Source: an uncultured Paraprevotella sp. (lineage in GTDB: Bacteria > Bacteroidota > Bacteroidia > Bacteroidales > Bacteroidaceae). Taken from it: a DNA stretch of 64,000 nt. The notes below the pieces were generated by a model. The model was not told where the DNA came from. It saw only the letters and a program-made list of their open reading frames with translations, and ran no database searches. Location of the stretch: NCBI GenBank assembly GCA_964540455.1, contig CAZIMK010000002.1:39643-103642 (forward strand), given 5' to 3'. The stretch's first letter is position 1; each line of letters begins with the position of its first letter. Both the position numbers and the translations under genes were made by a program. This document shows positions 47,186-55,647 of the stretch, piece by piece.

Positions 47186-47884
47186 TCACCGGGCATGCAC
47201 GGCACGGACGGGAAATCCGTAGGCACGGCTGGCTGTCCACCGGCCCGTATAGCCCGTGAAGTTGAGATTGTGGGCGGCCGACCGGAGCGCGGCACTCTGC
47301 GTACCCGTCCAGTAATATCCCGTCTGCCCGTCTCCGAGCAGTTCCGCTTCGCTGTAATATCCGGCTGCCGGCAGGAAGATGGAGGCGCCGCTGGGTCCCG
47401 TCACCCGATAACCGTTCACGCCGTCCTGCGTCGTCCACGCCCAGCTGCACTGATTGCCCAGTTCCTCGGCCTCGGCCAGCGTAGGCATCCGCCAGCCCTC
47501 GCCCCACACCGCGCTCGCGGCATCGTGCTTCGTGCCGCAGATGTCCGCACCGATGGACTGATATTGTTCGTACACATAATACAGGTAGCGGTCCTCGCTG
47601 TAATCGTCTTTCGGCTCCGTCTCGCCCCAGGCATAATAAGCGCCGCTCTGTCCGGGACGGTCGGCTCCCACATTGCAGGTCGCCCACAGTACACTCAGCC
47701 CCAGATCCACGTATTCACGGCCTCCGTAAGGAGGTTCCTCTATACGGATGCTGTCTATCGTCGCGATGTCCATCGAGACACGGGTACCGTCCGTGCGATA
47801 CACCACCATATGGCGTGTCTGCGCCGACAGCGCAGCCGTACAGCACACACACAGACAGGCAAAAATCAATCTGACTTGTTTCAT
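47186..47884 (-). CDS. FISUMP-domain (Fibrobacter succinogenes major paralogous domain) lipoprotein
   Basis: 232 aa. It has a signal peptide, plus 'VLWATCNVGA', 'YYAWGE' and 'GWRMPTLAEAEEL' typical of TIGR02145-type proteins. Confidence 0.7.
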   Translation of the reverse strand: MKQVRLIFACLCVCCTAALSAQTRHMVVYRTDGTRVSMDIATIDSIRIEEPPYGGREYVDLGLSVLWATCNVGADRPGQSGAYYAWGETEPKDDYSEDRYLYYVYEQYQSIGADICGTKHDAASAVWGEGWRMPTLAEAEELGNQCSWAWTTQDGVNGYRVTGPSGASIFLPAAGYYSEAELLGDGQTGYYWTGTQSAALRSAAHNLNFTGYTGRWTASRAYGFPVRAVHAR

Positions 47885-47912
47885 CGTTTTTCTTTTTCGG
47901 GTTTTATCAGTT

Positions 47913-47960
47913 AAAAAGCCCGGCCACCTTGTCCTTTCACAAGAAGCCGGGCTCTTTTTT
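47913..47960. terminator. Intrinsic terminator between the PI-PLC-like and FISUMP genes
   Basis: AGCCCGGC pairs with GCCGGGCT, flanked by A5 and T6 runs. Confidence 0.65.
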
Positions 47961-47978
47961 ATGCATACACTATACGTG

Positions 47979-49979
47979 TCAACGCATCTCTATCGAATAT
48001 ACCTCCGAATCGTCTGCCATCTCGCCTCCGTCGATGCCGGTTCCGGTGTTATCCGGCATGTGCACACGGGAACGGTTGTTGTAAACGTACTTGTAGTTCT
48101 GTCCGATAATGGTCTTGTTGAGCGTTTCACCGCCGTAACTGTCATCGCCGCAGAAATCGTAGAAGACAAAACCCACACGCCCTGATATCGCATTCAGTTT
48201 TTCAGTCGTTTGCGGATTAATTTGTTTAGCATTACTTATCGTCTCCATATTCAAGAAACAGATATACCACTTATTTCCCAAGTCCGCAGATGATTTGGCA
48301 AAGATATTATCTATACATGTATATTTAGTATTCTGATTACCACTATAATAATCCTGTACATAGGCACCCGCCACCCATGAATTCCATGTATGATTGATAG
48401 CATAATCCTGTCCCTGCGTATCTTCGTCCCAGGAAAGACGACCTCCGTATACTATACCCTCATAGGAGCCTTCTTCTCCATAGGGATTGTCGGCCGTAAC
48501 GACTAATTTACCCCGACAGTCATTAAGCGTCATATCCGCAGTAATCCGACCCAACACTTCACCGCTATCGTAATAACCGCCCAAACAAGTGCGGATGGAA
48601 ATGCGCCAAGTTTCACTTTGATCTTTAGGTTCTGTCAAGAGTTTACTATTTTCCTTCTTTATTCTGACATAAAGTCCTTCCGTCGGATTATCATGTACAA
48701 AACCAACCAATGTACTCATGGCATCCTTGAATTTAACACCGGTTGACGCACTCCCATGGTAAATTTCCAGATTATCCAATTCTATGTCAGACTGTGTATT
48801 GGAATTATACCGGGGCCGCAAATCGAATCCGCGTACACCCGCTTCCAATAAATCCGCAATCGTTTTGGACTGCGTTTTTGCCAAAGACGTTGCACCTTTT
48901 GTTGCCGCATCATGTGCTCCGGGAACAGACAACTGACAGAAAGGAACGTTTCCCGGAATCGTCGCCATCCAGTTGTTCTTGCGTGTAGCCTTGGAAGCCG
49001 CACCGAAATTAAACTTCTTGTAATAAGGTTTACATACCGTGGCACCAGCCAGTCCGTCAATGGACGTAAGCCCTTCCGTGGCAGGATTGCCCACCGTGGC
49101 GGAAGCCGTCTTGGTATAGAAATTACCGTCCGTGTCCTGCACGGTAATCGTCACACCACCGTCCAACACCACCGGCAACACATAGAGACGAACCAGCGTG
49201 GCACCGGATGCGATGCCGCTCACCGTCACCACCTCGCTTTGCGTGCTGGCGGCATAGTCCGTCCTGTCGGCCGTGCTCACCGACGCCGTTCCCGACGCAC
49301 AATTATATGCCAGCAATCCGGCCAGACTCACACCGCTGTTGGCCCTGAGGGAAACCGACTTCGGGGTAACACCCAAATCGGCAAGGTTCACGTCTATCAC
49401 ACTGGCCACCAGATGGAACGTAAAGTTGGCGCTCCCGTCCTTCAGTTCCGTGGCCTCGCTGGCCATGTAGGCTCCGAACAGGCCGTCGTCCATATTCTCC
49501 GCATACTTCTGCTCCGCGAATATCATGGCCTTCACCTTCGAACCGTTCCATCCGCCACGGCCGGCAGCCCCCGTAATAGCCGCCTCCGGATAGAAGGCAT
49601 AGAAATTGCGCCCGGAAGCATCGTCGGTAAACTCACGACTCCCCTCCTTCACTTCGAAAGAACAGGACGTGCCGGAAACGGTTTCCTTCACCTGATACGT
49701 GTAAGCCAGCGTTCCGTCGGACACGGAGACGGCATCCCCTTTCGTCCACCGGGCAATCTGTCCGCTCACAATGGCCGAACGGGTCTGTTCTTCTTCCCCG
49801 TCCAGCATGTCCAGTTCATCGACAATTTTACTGGTAAACACGACACCTGTACCTTCGGTTGCGGCCGCGCCGGTGCCCTGCATCCCCTGCTCTTCTGTGG
49901 CAAGGTCGTCGCTGCTGCATGCCGAGACTCCCAGCCCCAGCACGACAGCAAACAGATACATATATTTATTCTTTTTCAT
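47979..49979 (-). CDS. Lipoprotein with a C-terminal PI-PLC X-domain-like phosphodiesterase
   Basis: 666 aa. Lipobox 'GLGVSACSS'. 'LSVPGAHDAAT...LLEAGVRGFDLRPRY...LEIYHG' matches the PI-PLC X-box pattern. The N-terminal half is beta-rich (fimbrillin/Ig-like?). Confidence 0.65.
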   Translation of the reverse strand: MKKNKYMYLFAVVLGLGVSACSSDDLATEEQGMQGTGAAATEGTGVVFTSKIVDELDMLDGEEEQTRSAIVSGQIARWTKGDAVSVSDGTLAYTYQVKETVSGTSCSFEVKEGSREFTDDASGRNFYAFYPEAAITGAAGRGGWNGSKVKAMIFAEQKYAENMDDGLFGAYMASEATELKDGSANFTFHLVASVIDVNLADLGVTPKSVSLRANSGVSLAGLLAYNCASGTASVSTADRTDYAASTQSEVVTVSGIASGATLVRLYVLPVVLDGGVTITVQDTDGNFYTKTASATVGNPATEGLTSIDGLAGATVCKPYYKKFNFGAASKATRKNNWMATIPGNVPFCQLSVPGAHDAATKGATSLAKTQSKTIADLLEAGVRGFDLRPRYNSNTQSDIELDNLEIYHGSASTGVKFKDAMSTLVGFVHDNPTEGLYVRIKKENSKLLTEPKDQSETWRISIRTCLGGYYDSGEVLGRITADMTLNDCRGKLVVTADNPYGEEGSYEGIVYGGRLSWDEDTQGQDYAINHTWNSWVAGAYVQDYYSGNQNTKYTCIDNIFAKSSADLGNKWYICFLNMETISNAKQINPQTTEKLNAISGRVGFVFYDFCGDDSYGGETLNKTIIGQNYKYVYNNRSRVHMPDNTGTGIDGGEMADDSEVYSIEMR

Positions 49980-50005
49980 CGCGATTCAATTCTTGTTTGT
50001 TAGTA

Positions 50006-50188
50006 TTACCATTCCTCCTCGTCTTCCCATATATCCGGACTTTTCAGCAGAATATCGGACGCCGAATCCATGTCGGCATCTCCCAAGTCTTCCAGGTTTT
50101 CCTCTATCTTACCGCTCACACAGAGCATCTCAGTCTCGCATACCTCCACGACCAGCGTGCGGGGAGTCGTATATATTTTCTTTTTCAT
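50006..50188 (-). CDS. Small acidic hypothetical protein
   Basis: 60 aa (MKKKIYTTPRTLVVEVCETEMLCVSG...DIWEDEEEW). It starts 15 nt after the stop of the upstream giant gene, on the same strand. Confidence 0.45.
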   Translation of the reverse strand: MKKKIYTTPRTLVVEVCETEMLCVSGKIEENLEDLGDADMDSASDILLKSPDIWEDEEEW

Positions 50189-50203
50189 GACCTGTCTACG
50201 TGT

Positions 50204-53200
50204 TTATTTAACTAATACTTTCCGTACGCTGCCGTCACTCATGCGTACGATGTTCATGCCCTTGCGCGGACTGTCTATCCGCACTCCCGTAGCGTCGTAA
50301 CGGCTCACTTCGGTCACACTCTCCGCTGTCCCGACAGCACCGACCGCCGTGACATCATCGAAGCCGAACACTACACTGAGCATGTCCAGACTTGCGGCCT
50401 CGGCCTGCGGACGGATGTAAGCACGGAACGGGTTCACCGTCGGCTGCACTTCACTGCCCACGAGATAGAAGGCCACCTTGTCATTGTGCTTCTGCAACAC
50501 GAAGCTGCCCACGGGAGCCGGAGTCGCCTTATAGACTCCCACCAGTTCGCCGGACTCATGCGCGGCACCGGCTTTCGTAGCGGCCACAGTCACATTCTGA
50601 CCGGAATATGCGCCCTTGGCTTTCACCAGCACGGGCGTATTGGCGGGAATGGACGTAACTTTCGTCGCATAGAGTTCGCCGCCCATCGTAGCCCCCTGGT
50701 TCAGGTTGTAAGCCTCGCCGGCCAACGCCGTAGCTTCAAACGGCAGGCACAATGTACCGAAACCTTCGCCGCCCACGGTTGTGGCCACAGCCGACATGTT
50801 GTAGGTTGCGCTGGTAGCGGTGAAGCCCGCGGGGGCAGCAAAGGGATGCCCGTCTGCCAGCACCAGGCTGGCGCATGTACCGCCGACAACGACATTCCGG
50901 GTGTTGGCCACCTGTCCTTCCTTGGCATAAATCAGCAAGTTAGGATTATTCCCGGTATCAATTGTCATATCTGACACATCTGTTGCCTCAGTAAGATTGA
51001 TGGAACATACACCTTCCGCCACTTTTTCATTAACAATATCCACCGGAACTTTTCCTACAAATACAACATCCGTCTCATCGCCGTCCACGGCATAGAGCAG
51101 TTTTTCCAGTTTCCAGTTGTCCACGGTGAAACCGCCACGAGTATTACCCGAAGCATTCCTACCCCATGATAAAACACCGATGCGAACATCCGCTGCCTCC
51201 TTGAGAGTAAACAAAGTATATACGTTCTGAACGTCCCAGTCGCGAGCAGGAGTGTAGTAACCGTACCACACATCACCGGCAAATACAGGATCCGCCCAAT
51301 GATTAACCTCACCGGTCGTTGCATAAATGTAAGTACCGTTTTCCGTATAAGGATTGCCCGTCATGGTTGCCGACAGACGATAAGTACCGGCGGGCAGGGA
51401 TATGGTCTGGTAGCAGGTTGCATGACGCATCTGTTGCACTGCCGAATAATAATAAGCACCGTCTGCATTCACGCCATCGGAATAGCCTCCCGTACTGTTT
51501 TGCGTACGTTCCCATCCATCGATACCATTGTCATAGTTGGGATTGGCTATCCTGGAAGTCGCATCATAACTATGCTCCGCATCAATGTTCTCCAGTGCAT
51601 ACGCATCAAAGGCTGCTTTCAAATCAGCAATAGCCTGCTCAATTGCCTTCGCGTCCGTATAAGTCTTGTTTTCATAAGCCGCCTTATATCCGGGATACGT
51701 GACATCGGCATACTCGTTGCCGCTATTCCACGGCTTGCATTCCTCCAAGGCAGCCGCCAGTCTGCTATAATAAACTTTATCGAACGTAGTCTTGTCCATC
51801 TTCAGCATTATATCGGAGAAACTTCCCCAGGCCCAGCCGGACGTGGTGATAACAGCCTTGAGCGTCACTTCCTTCTCTTCCGTCAGGTTCAGGTGTACGA
51901 ACTCCCATTCCCATCCGCGGCCTCTCCCGTCGTAGGCATACGTACCGCTTTCCGAGAAGTTGGCCTGACCGCTGGTTTCGATACCATAGCCGGTATCCCC
52001 CTTGGCTGTGAACTTCACCGTCGTATCGTCTATCTTCAGTTCCATCGTGGCAGCAGGAGCCGAACGGCCGGCAGCCATCAGCACGTACTCACCAGCCGGC
52101 AGGGTTACCGCCGTAGTCAAGGAACGGGTTATGCCGGTGCCGTTCGTGTCATAATAAGAACGACCGTCTCCGCTCCAGTGCTGTCCGCTGGTCTGACCGA
52201 TTTCACCGCTCCATTCTTTCACCTCTACTTCGTAGGTATAACCGTCCACCACCTTATTATATGTAGCGACATTCATGGCCTGTGCGGCAGCCACGGCAGC
52301 CTCATCGTCATAAGTGCCGCCGGCAATGGCCGCTTCCTCGGCCGCAACATCTATTCCGAAACTCTTGGCCGTGGCCGTCTCGCGCTGCAGGTAGGCATAG
52401 TTGGCAATGCTCACCTCGGCACCGGCGATGGCAGCCTGCAAATCAACAATGGCCTGCAACAATTCACCCCGCGATGCTTCCGAAGTCAATGTACCGCCGC
52501 CCGAAAGAGCCTTCCTGCATTCGGCAGACATCGCGAAAGCAAGAAGTTCATCAGCCTTCGCCCGCAGAGGAGCATACACAGCAAAGGGATCGGCTATTCC
52601 GCTATAATACAAATGGAAATCATCGGCACCGGCCCATTTACCGTTTCCGCATTCGGCATAGAAACCTATCTTTATATTACCGGAAGTCACCTTGATACCG
52701 TCGACCAAAGTCCAGCCCCAGCCACCGCCTAATTCATTACCACTGTTACCAACATGATGAATATCCGTGCGGAAAGTCTCTCCATCGGATTCCACATAGA
52801 TATTACCCACTGTCACATTGGCTTCTGCGCGAGTGGCTGCCTTCAGCGAGTACACGCCTTCCGGCAGTCCGCTTACGGCCTGCGTCATGTTCATGGTCGC
52901 ATTCCAAATATCAAAATACGTATTGTCCGGAGCGCCATCATATTGTTCTCCAGCATTCATTCTTGTGCCACTCCATCCATCTGACGATGCAACCGCAGCA
53001 TTCACAATCTTAAAGGTCACATCAAAGACGAATCCATCCTTCGGCTGAGCCGCAAGCACATAAGTTTGACGGGCAGTTTCCAGCGTGTTTACAACAGCCT
53101 TTACTGCCTCAACTGTTTCGGCCGTTTCAACATCTGTTTCAGCTGTTTCAATGGCCGTACCAAATACAGTCTTATCAGAAGCGACTGAATTGTCCTTTAT

Positions 53201-54514
53201 TGATTTGCATTCATTTATAAATTCAACAGCAGAAGGATAAACCGCAGCAACATCATTTGCCAATGCCATACTGTTCAGCAACTCATCCGTAGCTGCGTTC
53301 AGCGCCTTTTTCTCCATCTTGACATTTTCTGCCGCACCGATTGCCGCATTCAACCGTGTTTTCGCATACGTATTCAACGGGGTCTGATCTATTTCTTTTG
53401 CTTTCTGCAAGGCGTCAGCAAGTGCTTCCTTCAGCATAGTAAGGTCTACTCCCTTATACGTCAGGCTGGCGTTATCCACGCCGGTCCAGTTGCAACCGTT
53501 GTCTACCGATTTCACGCCGAAAGTCAAAGTTCCGTCCGTAACATTGGTCTCGACTTCATACCATGCTCCGTCATCCGTAGTAATAAGAGTCATGTCCTCG
53601 TTGGCGAACACATAGGTGTTGCCGCTGCCTCCGGAACGGAAAGCAGCAAGTCGGAGCGTGTATACGCCGAGCGGAAGATTGTTGATGGTCTGCTCTATGG
53701 TACCGCTGTAGGGAGAACCGTTCCAGTTCTCATAAAATTTGCCGGTGATGGCGCCTCCCTTGTTTTGGGCAATAGTCCGGTTCTGTGCTCCGGTAGTGGA
53801 TGTCCAACCGTCTAAACTACCAAAGTCGAAGCACGGGTTCACGATATAACCGGTCATGTCGACGGGATTGTCTACGGTAGGTTCCTCGGCCTCCAGTCTG
53901 TACAACTTGAAGTTGTCCACACCGAAGATACGTTCAGCGGCTTCACCATTCGTGGCGGAAAAGCCCACCTCGATGTCACCGTCTTCTTCTACGTAGAAAT
54001 CGCAGGAGACCGTATTCCAGTTGTCACCTTTTGATGTTGAGACAGCGGCACGGCTCTGAGCATACTGGCCGGCATAAATCATCACGGTGTAGTTGTAGTT
54101 TTGGGAATAATTGACTACATCGGCTGTCAGGCGGTACATACCGGCCGGCAGGTTCTCTATGCTTTGGGAAAGCTTCAGGGTCTGTTTGGCTCCCCATCTG
54201 TAGCGGAACCAGTAAGTCTGTTCGCCACGGGTGGCCTCGTCGTTCACGGTGAATCCGCCCGTGAAATTGTTGGAAGCCAAGTCGGTTGTTTTCAAAATGG
54301 ACATGTCATTCTCGTTAACAGGATTGAGGGTAACAGTCCAGCCTTCCGGTTTGTAGATGGCACGGTCGCTTTGGGGATTTGTCTGTACTTCATACGTCCC
54401 TTCGAAATCAGGGTTCTGAAGATACTGCGCCGTCACATCCGTCTGTGCCTCAACAGGCTGCCATCCCATCCAGGAGCATAGCAAGCCCGTCAGAATCAAA
54501 TACTTTTTTTTCAT
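50204..54514 (-). CDS. Giant T9SS-sorted surface protein built from repeated CBM-like beta-sandwich modules and helical (FIVAR-like) linkers
   Basis: 1436 aa. Signal peptide 'LLCSWMGWQPVEAQ'. At least five modules share 'NP.F(D/E)..(DGW)' openings and 'LP.G.Y.L' cores. Ala/Glu-rich helical linkers separate them. The C-terminus '...GMNIVRMSDGSVRKVLVK' resembles a T9SS sorting domain. Confidence 0.7.
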   Translation of the reverse strand: MKKKYLILTGLLCSWMGWQPVEAQTDVTAQYLQNPDFEGTYEVQTNPQSDRAIYKPEGWTVTLNPVNENDMSILKTTDLASNNFTGGFTVNDEATRGEQTYWFRYRWGAKQTLKLSQSIENLPAGMYRLTADVVNYSQNYNYTVMIYAGQYAQSRAAVSTSKGDNWNTVSCDFYVEEDGDIEVGFSATNGEAAERIFGVDNFKLYRLEAEEPTVDNPVDMTGYIVNPCFDFGSLDGWTSTTGAQNRTIAQNKGGAITGKFYENWNGSPYSGTIEQTINNLPLGVYTLRLAAFRSGGSGNTYVFANEDMTLITTDDGAWYEVETNVTDGTLTFGVKSVDNGCNWTGVDNASLTYKGVDLTMLKEALADALQKAKEIDQTPLNTYAKTRLNAAIGAAENVKMEKKALNAATDELLNSMALANDVAAVYPSAVEFINECKSIKDNSVASDKTVFGTAIETAETDVETAETVEAVKAVVNTLETARQTYVLAAQPKDGFVFDVTFKIVNAAVASSDGWSGTRMNAGEQYDGAPDNTYFDIWNATMNMTQAVSGLPEGVYSLKAATRAEANVTVGNIYVESDGETFRTDIHHVGNSGNELGGGWGWTLVDGIKVTSGNIKIGFYAECGNGKWAGADDFHLYYSGIADPFAVYAPLRAKADELLAFAMSAECRKALSGGGTLTSEASRGELLQAIVDLQAAIAGAEVSIANYAYLQRETATAKSFGIDVAAEEAAIAGGTYDDEAAVAAAQAMNVATYNKVVDGYTYEVEVKEWSGEIGQTSGQHWSGDGRSYYDTNGTGITRSLTTAVTLPAGEYVLMAAGRSAPAATMELKIDDTTVKFTAKGDTGYGIETSGQANFSESGTYAYDGRGRGWEWEFVHLNLTEEKEVTLKAVITTSGWAWGSFSDIMLKMDKTTFDKVYYSRLAAALEECKPWNSGNEYADVTYPGYKAAYENKTYTDAKAIEQAIADLKAAFDAYALENIDAEHSYDATSRIANPNYDNGIDGWERTQNSTGGYSDGVNADGAYYYSAVQQMRHATCYQTISLPAGTYRLSATMTGNPYTENGTYIYATTGEVNHWADPVFAGDVWYGYYTPARDWDVQNVYTLFTLKEAADVRIGVLSWGRNASGNTRGGFTVDNWKLEKLLYAVDGDETDVVFVGKVPVDIVNEKVAEGVCSINLTEATDVSDMTIDTGNNPNLLIYAKEGQVANTRNVVVGGTCASLVLADGHPFAAPAGFTATSATYNMSAVATTVGGEGFGTLCLPFEATALAGEAYNLNQGATMGGELYATKVTSIPANTPVLVKAKGAYSGQNVTVAATKAGAAHESGELVGVYKATPAPVGSFVLQKHNDKVAFYLVGSEVQPTVNPFRAYIRPQAEAASLDMLSVVFGFDDVTAVGAVGTAESVTEVSRYDATGVRIDSPRKGMNIVRMSDGSVRKVLVK

Positions 54515-54621
54515 CGATATTAGTCAGTTATGTTTGTGAATACAAAAAATGTCGTGTGTCTATGCTTTCCATCGTCTGCCTTCACGGTGAGTATCAGAGT
54601 TAAAGGCAGATAAACTCGCGG

Positions 54622-54629
54622 CAAATATA
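54622..54629 (-). promoter_or_regulatory. -7 promoter motif (TATATTTG on the minus strand) for the giant surface-protein operon
   Basis: The plus strand reads CAAATATA. It lies about 108 nt upstream of the ATG at 54514. Confidence 0.45.
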
Positions 54630-54648
54630 CTTAAAAAAGCTCATTTTA

Positions 54649-54657
54649 CCCCCCCCC
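54649..54657. repeat. C9 (G9 on the gene strand) homopolymer in the promoter region
   Basis: Counted directly. Exactly 19 nt separate the run from the TATATTTG motif. Confidence 0.9.
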
Positions 54658-54758
54658 GAATGCTAAATAAAGTTAAATGTTTGTATACCTGTACCTGCAT
54701 GCAAGGCGACCCGGTATGCGAAAGCCTCGAATGACTTGGGAAAGTCACTGAAAAAGCT

Positions 54759-54766
54759 TATATTTG
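54759..54766 (+). promoter_or_regulatory. -7 promoter motif (TATATTTG)
   Basis: Matches TAnnTTTG, 28 nt upstream of the ATG at 54794. Confidence 0.5.
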
Positions 54767-54793
54767 TAAGTAAACAAACTAAATAGAGAAGCT

Positions 54794-55219
54794 ATGAAAA
54801 ACAAGAAATCACCCACGACACAGAGCGAACAGTTCACCGTATGTTTTCTGGAAGGATGCCCGCAGGCTTCCAGATGCACCAGACATCTGGCTTACGAACA
54901 GGCCGGAAACAAGCTTCAATGCAGTAATGCCGTACTCCCCTCCTCCCTCCACGAAAACGGGTGCGACATGTTCTGCGAGGCCCGGCTGAAACGGTATGCC
55001 AAGGGTGCCACCCATCTCTATGACGAGGTAAGGATGAAGCATTACGGCGCTATCCGGCAACAGGTGGCCCGCATCTTTCAGAGCCGCGACATTTATTACC
55101 GCTCTTTAAACGGCAACCGTCTGGTAACTGAATCGGAACAGGAACAAATCTGTCGTCTGTTTGCCTCTTATGGTTATCCGACTACAGGATTGTTCGACGA
55201 ATATGTAGAACAATACTGA
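54794..55219 (+). CDS. Cys-rich hypothetical protein
   Basis: 141-aa ORF with its own promoter motif. Cys pattern 'CFLEGCPQASRCTRH...CSN...GCDMFCE'. Family not recognised with confidence. Confidence 0.55.
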   Translation: MKNKKSPTTQSEQFTVCFLEGCPQASRCTRHLAYEQAGNKLQCSNAVLPSSLHENGCDMFCEARLKRYAKGATHLYDEVRMKHYGAIRQQVARIFQSRDIYYRSLNGNRLVTESEQEQICRLFASYGYPTTGLFDEYVEQY

Positions 55220-55283
55220 AAAGCGTCCCCATGCGACGACCACTGACATAGCCATGTCGTGCTACAGCCGTAACAACAGTTAT

Positions 55284-55352
55284 CATACGGTTGTCGCAAC
55301 AGTCATCATACAGTCGTCGCATCAGTTGTCATACGGTTGTCGCATCAGTCAT
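55284..55352. repeat. Three tandem 23-bp repeats
   Basis: CATACGGTTGTCGCAACAGTCAT / CATACAGTCGTCGCATCAGTTGT / CATACGGTTGTCGCATCAGTCAT. Confidence 0.8.
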
Positions 55353-55526
55353 CCCCAAATACCCGCGACCGCAGTCGTCATACCGCCACGAAAATTGTTT
55401 CAATGTCGTCACATCCGCAGTCGTGACGGCATTCCCGAAACACGGATGCCAATCTGCATCGTGGCATGCCGGCGGACAAAGCCAGGTATGCCACGAAACG
55501 GAGCGAAAGACTGTGCATCCACCAAA

Positions 55527-55617
55527 CATTTTGCTGTTTCCGACAAAAAACGCCAAAAACATTTTGCTGTTTCCGACAAAAAACGCCAAAAACATTTCCC
55601 TGTTTCCGACAAAGCGC
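55527..55617. repeat. About 2.7 tandem copies of a 33-bp repeat, abutting the promoter of the 55648 gene
   Basis: CATTTTGCTGTTTCCGACAAAAAACGCCAAAAA appears twice perfectly (55527-55559 and 55560-55592), then a diverged partial copy, CATTTCCCTGTTTCCGACAAAGCGC. Confidence 0.9.
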
Positions 55618-55618
55618 T

Positions 55619-55626
55619 TATTTTTG
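55619..55626 (+). promoter_or_regulatory. -7 promoter motif (TATTTTTG)
   Basis: Matches TAnnTTTG, 22 nt upstream of the ATG at 55648. Confidence 0.5.
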
Positions 55627-55647
55627 CAGTAAATACGAATATCTATT

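Noticed and set aside
55527-55617. A CRISPR-like array?
   Set aside because: The 33-bp units are directly abutting with no spacers, there are only about 2.7 copies, and no cas genes are nearby. It is a plain tandem repeat.
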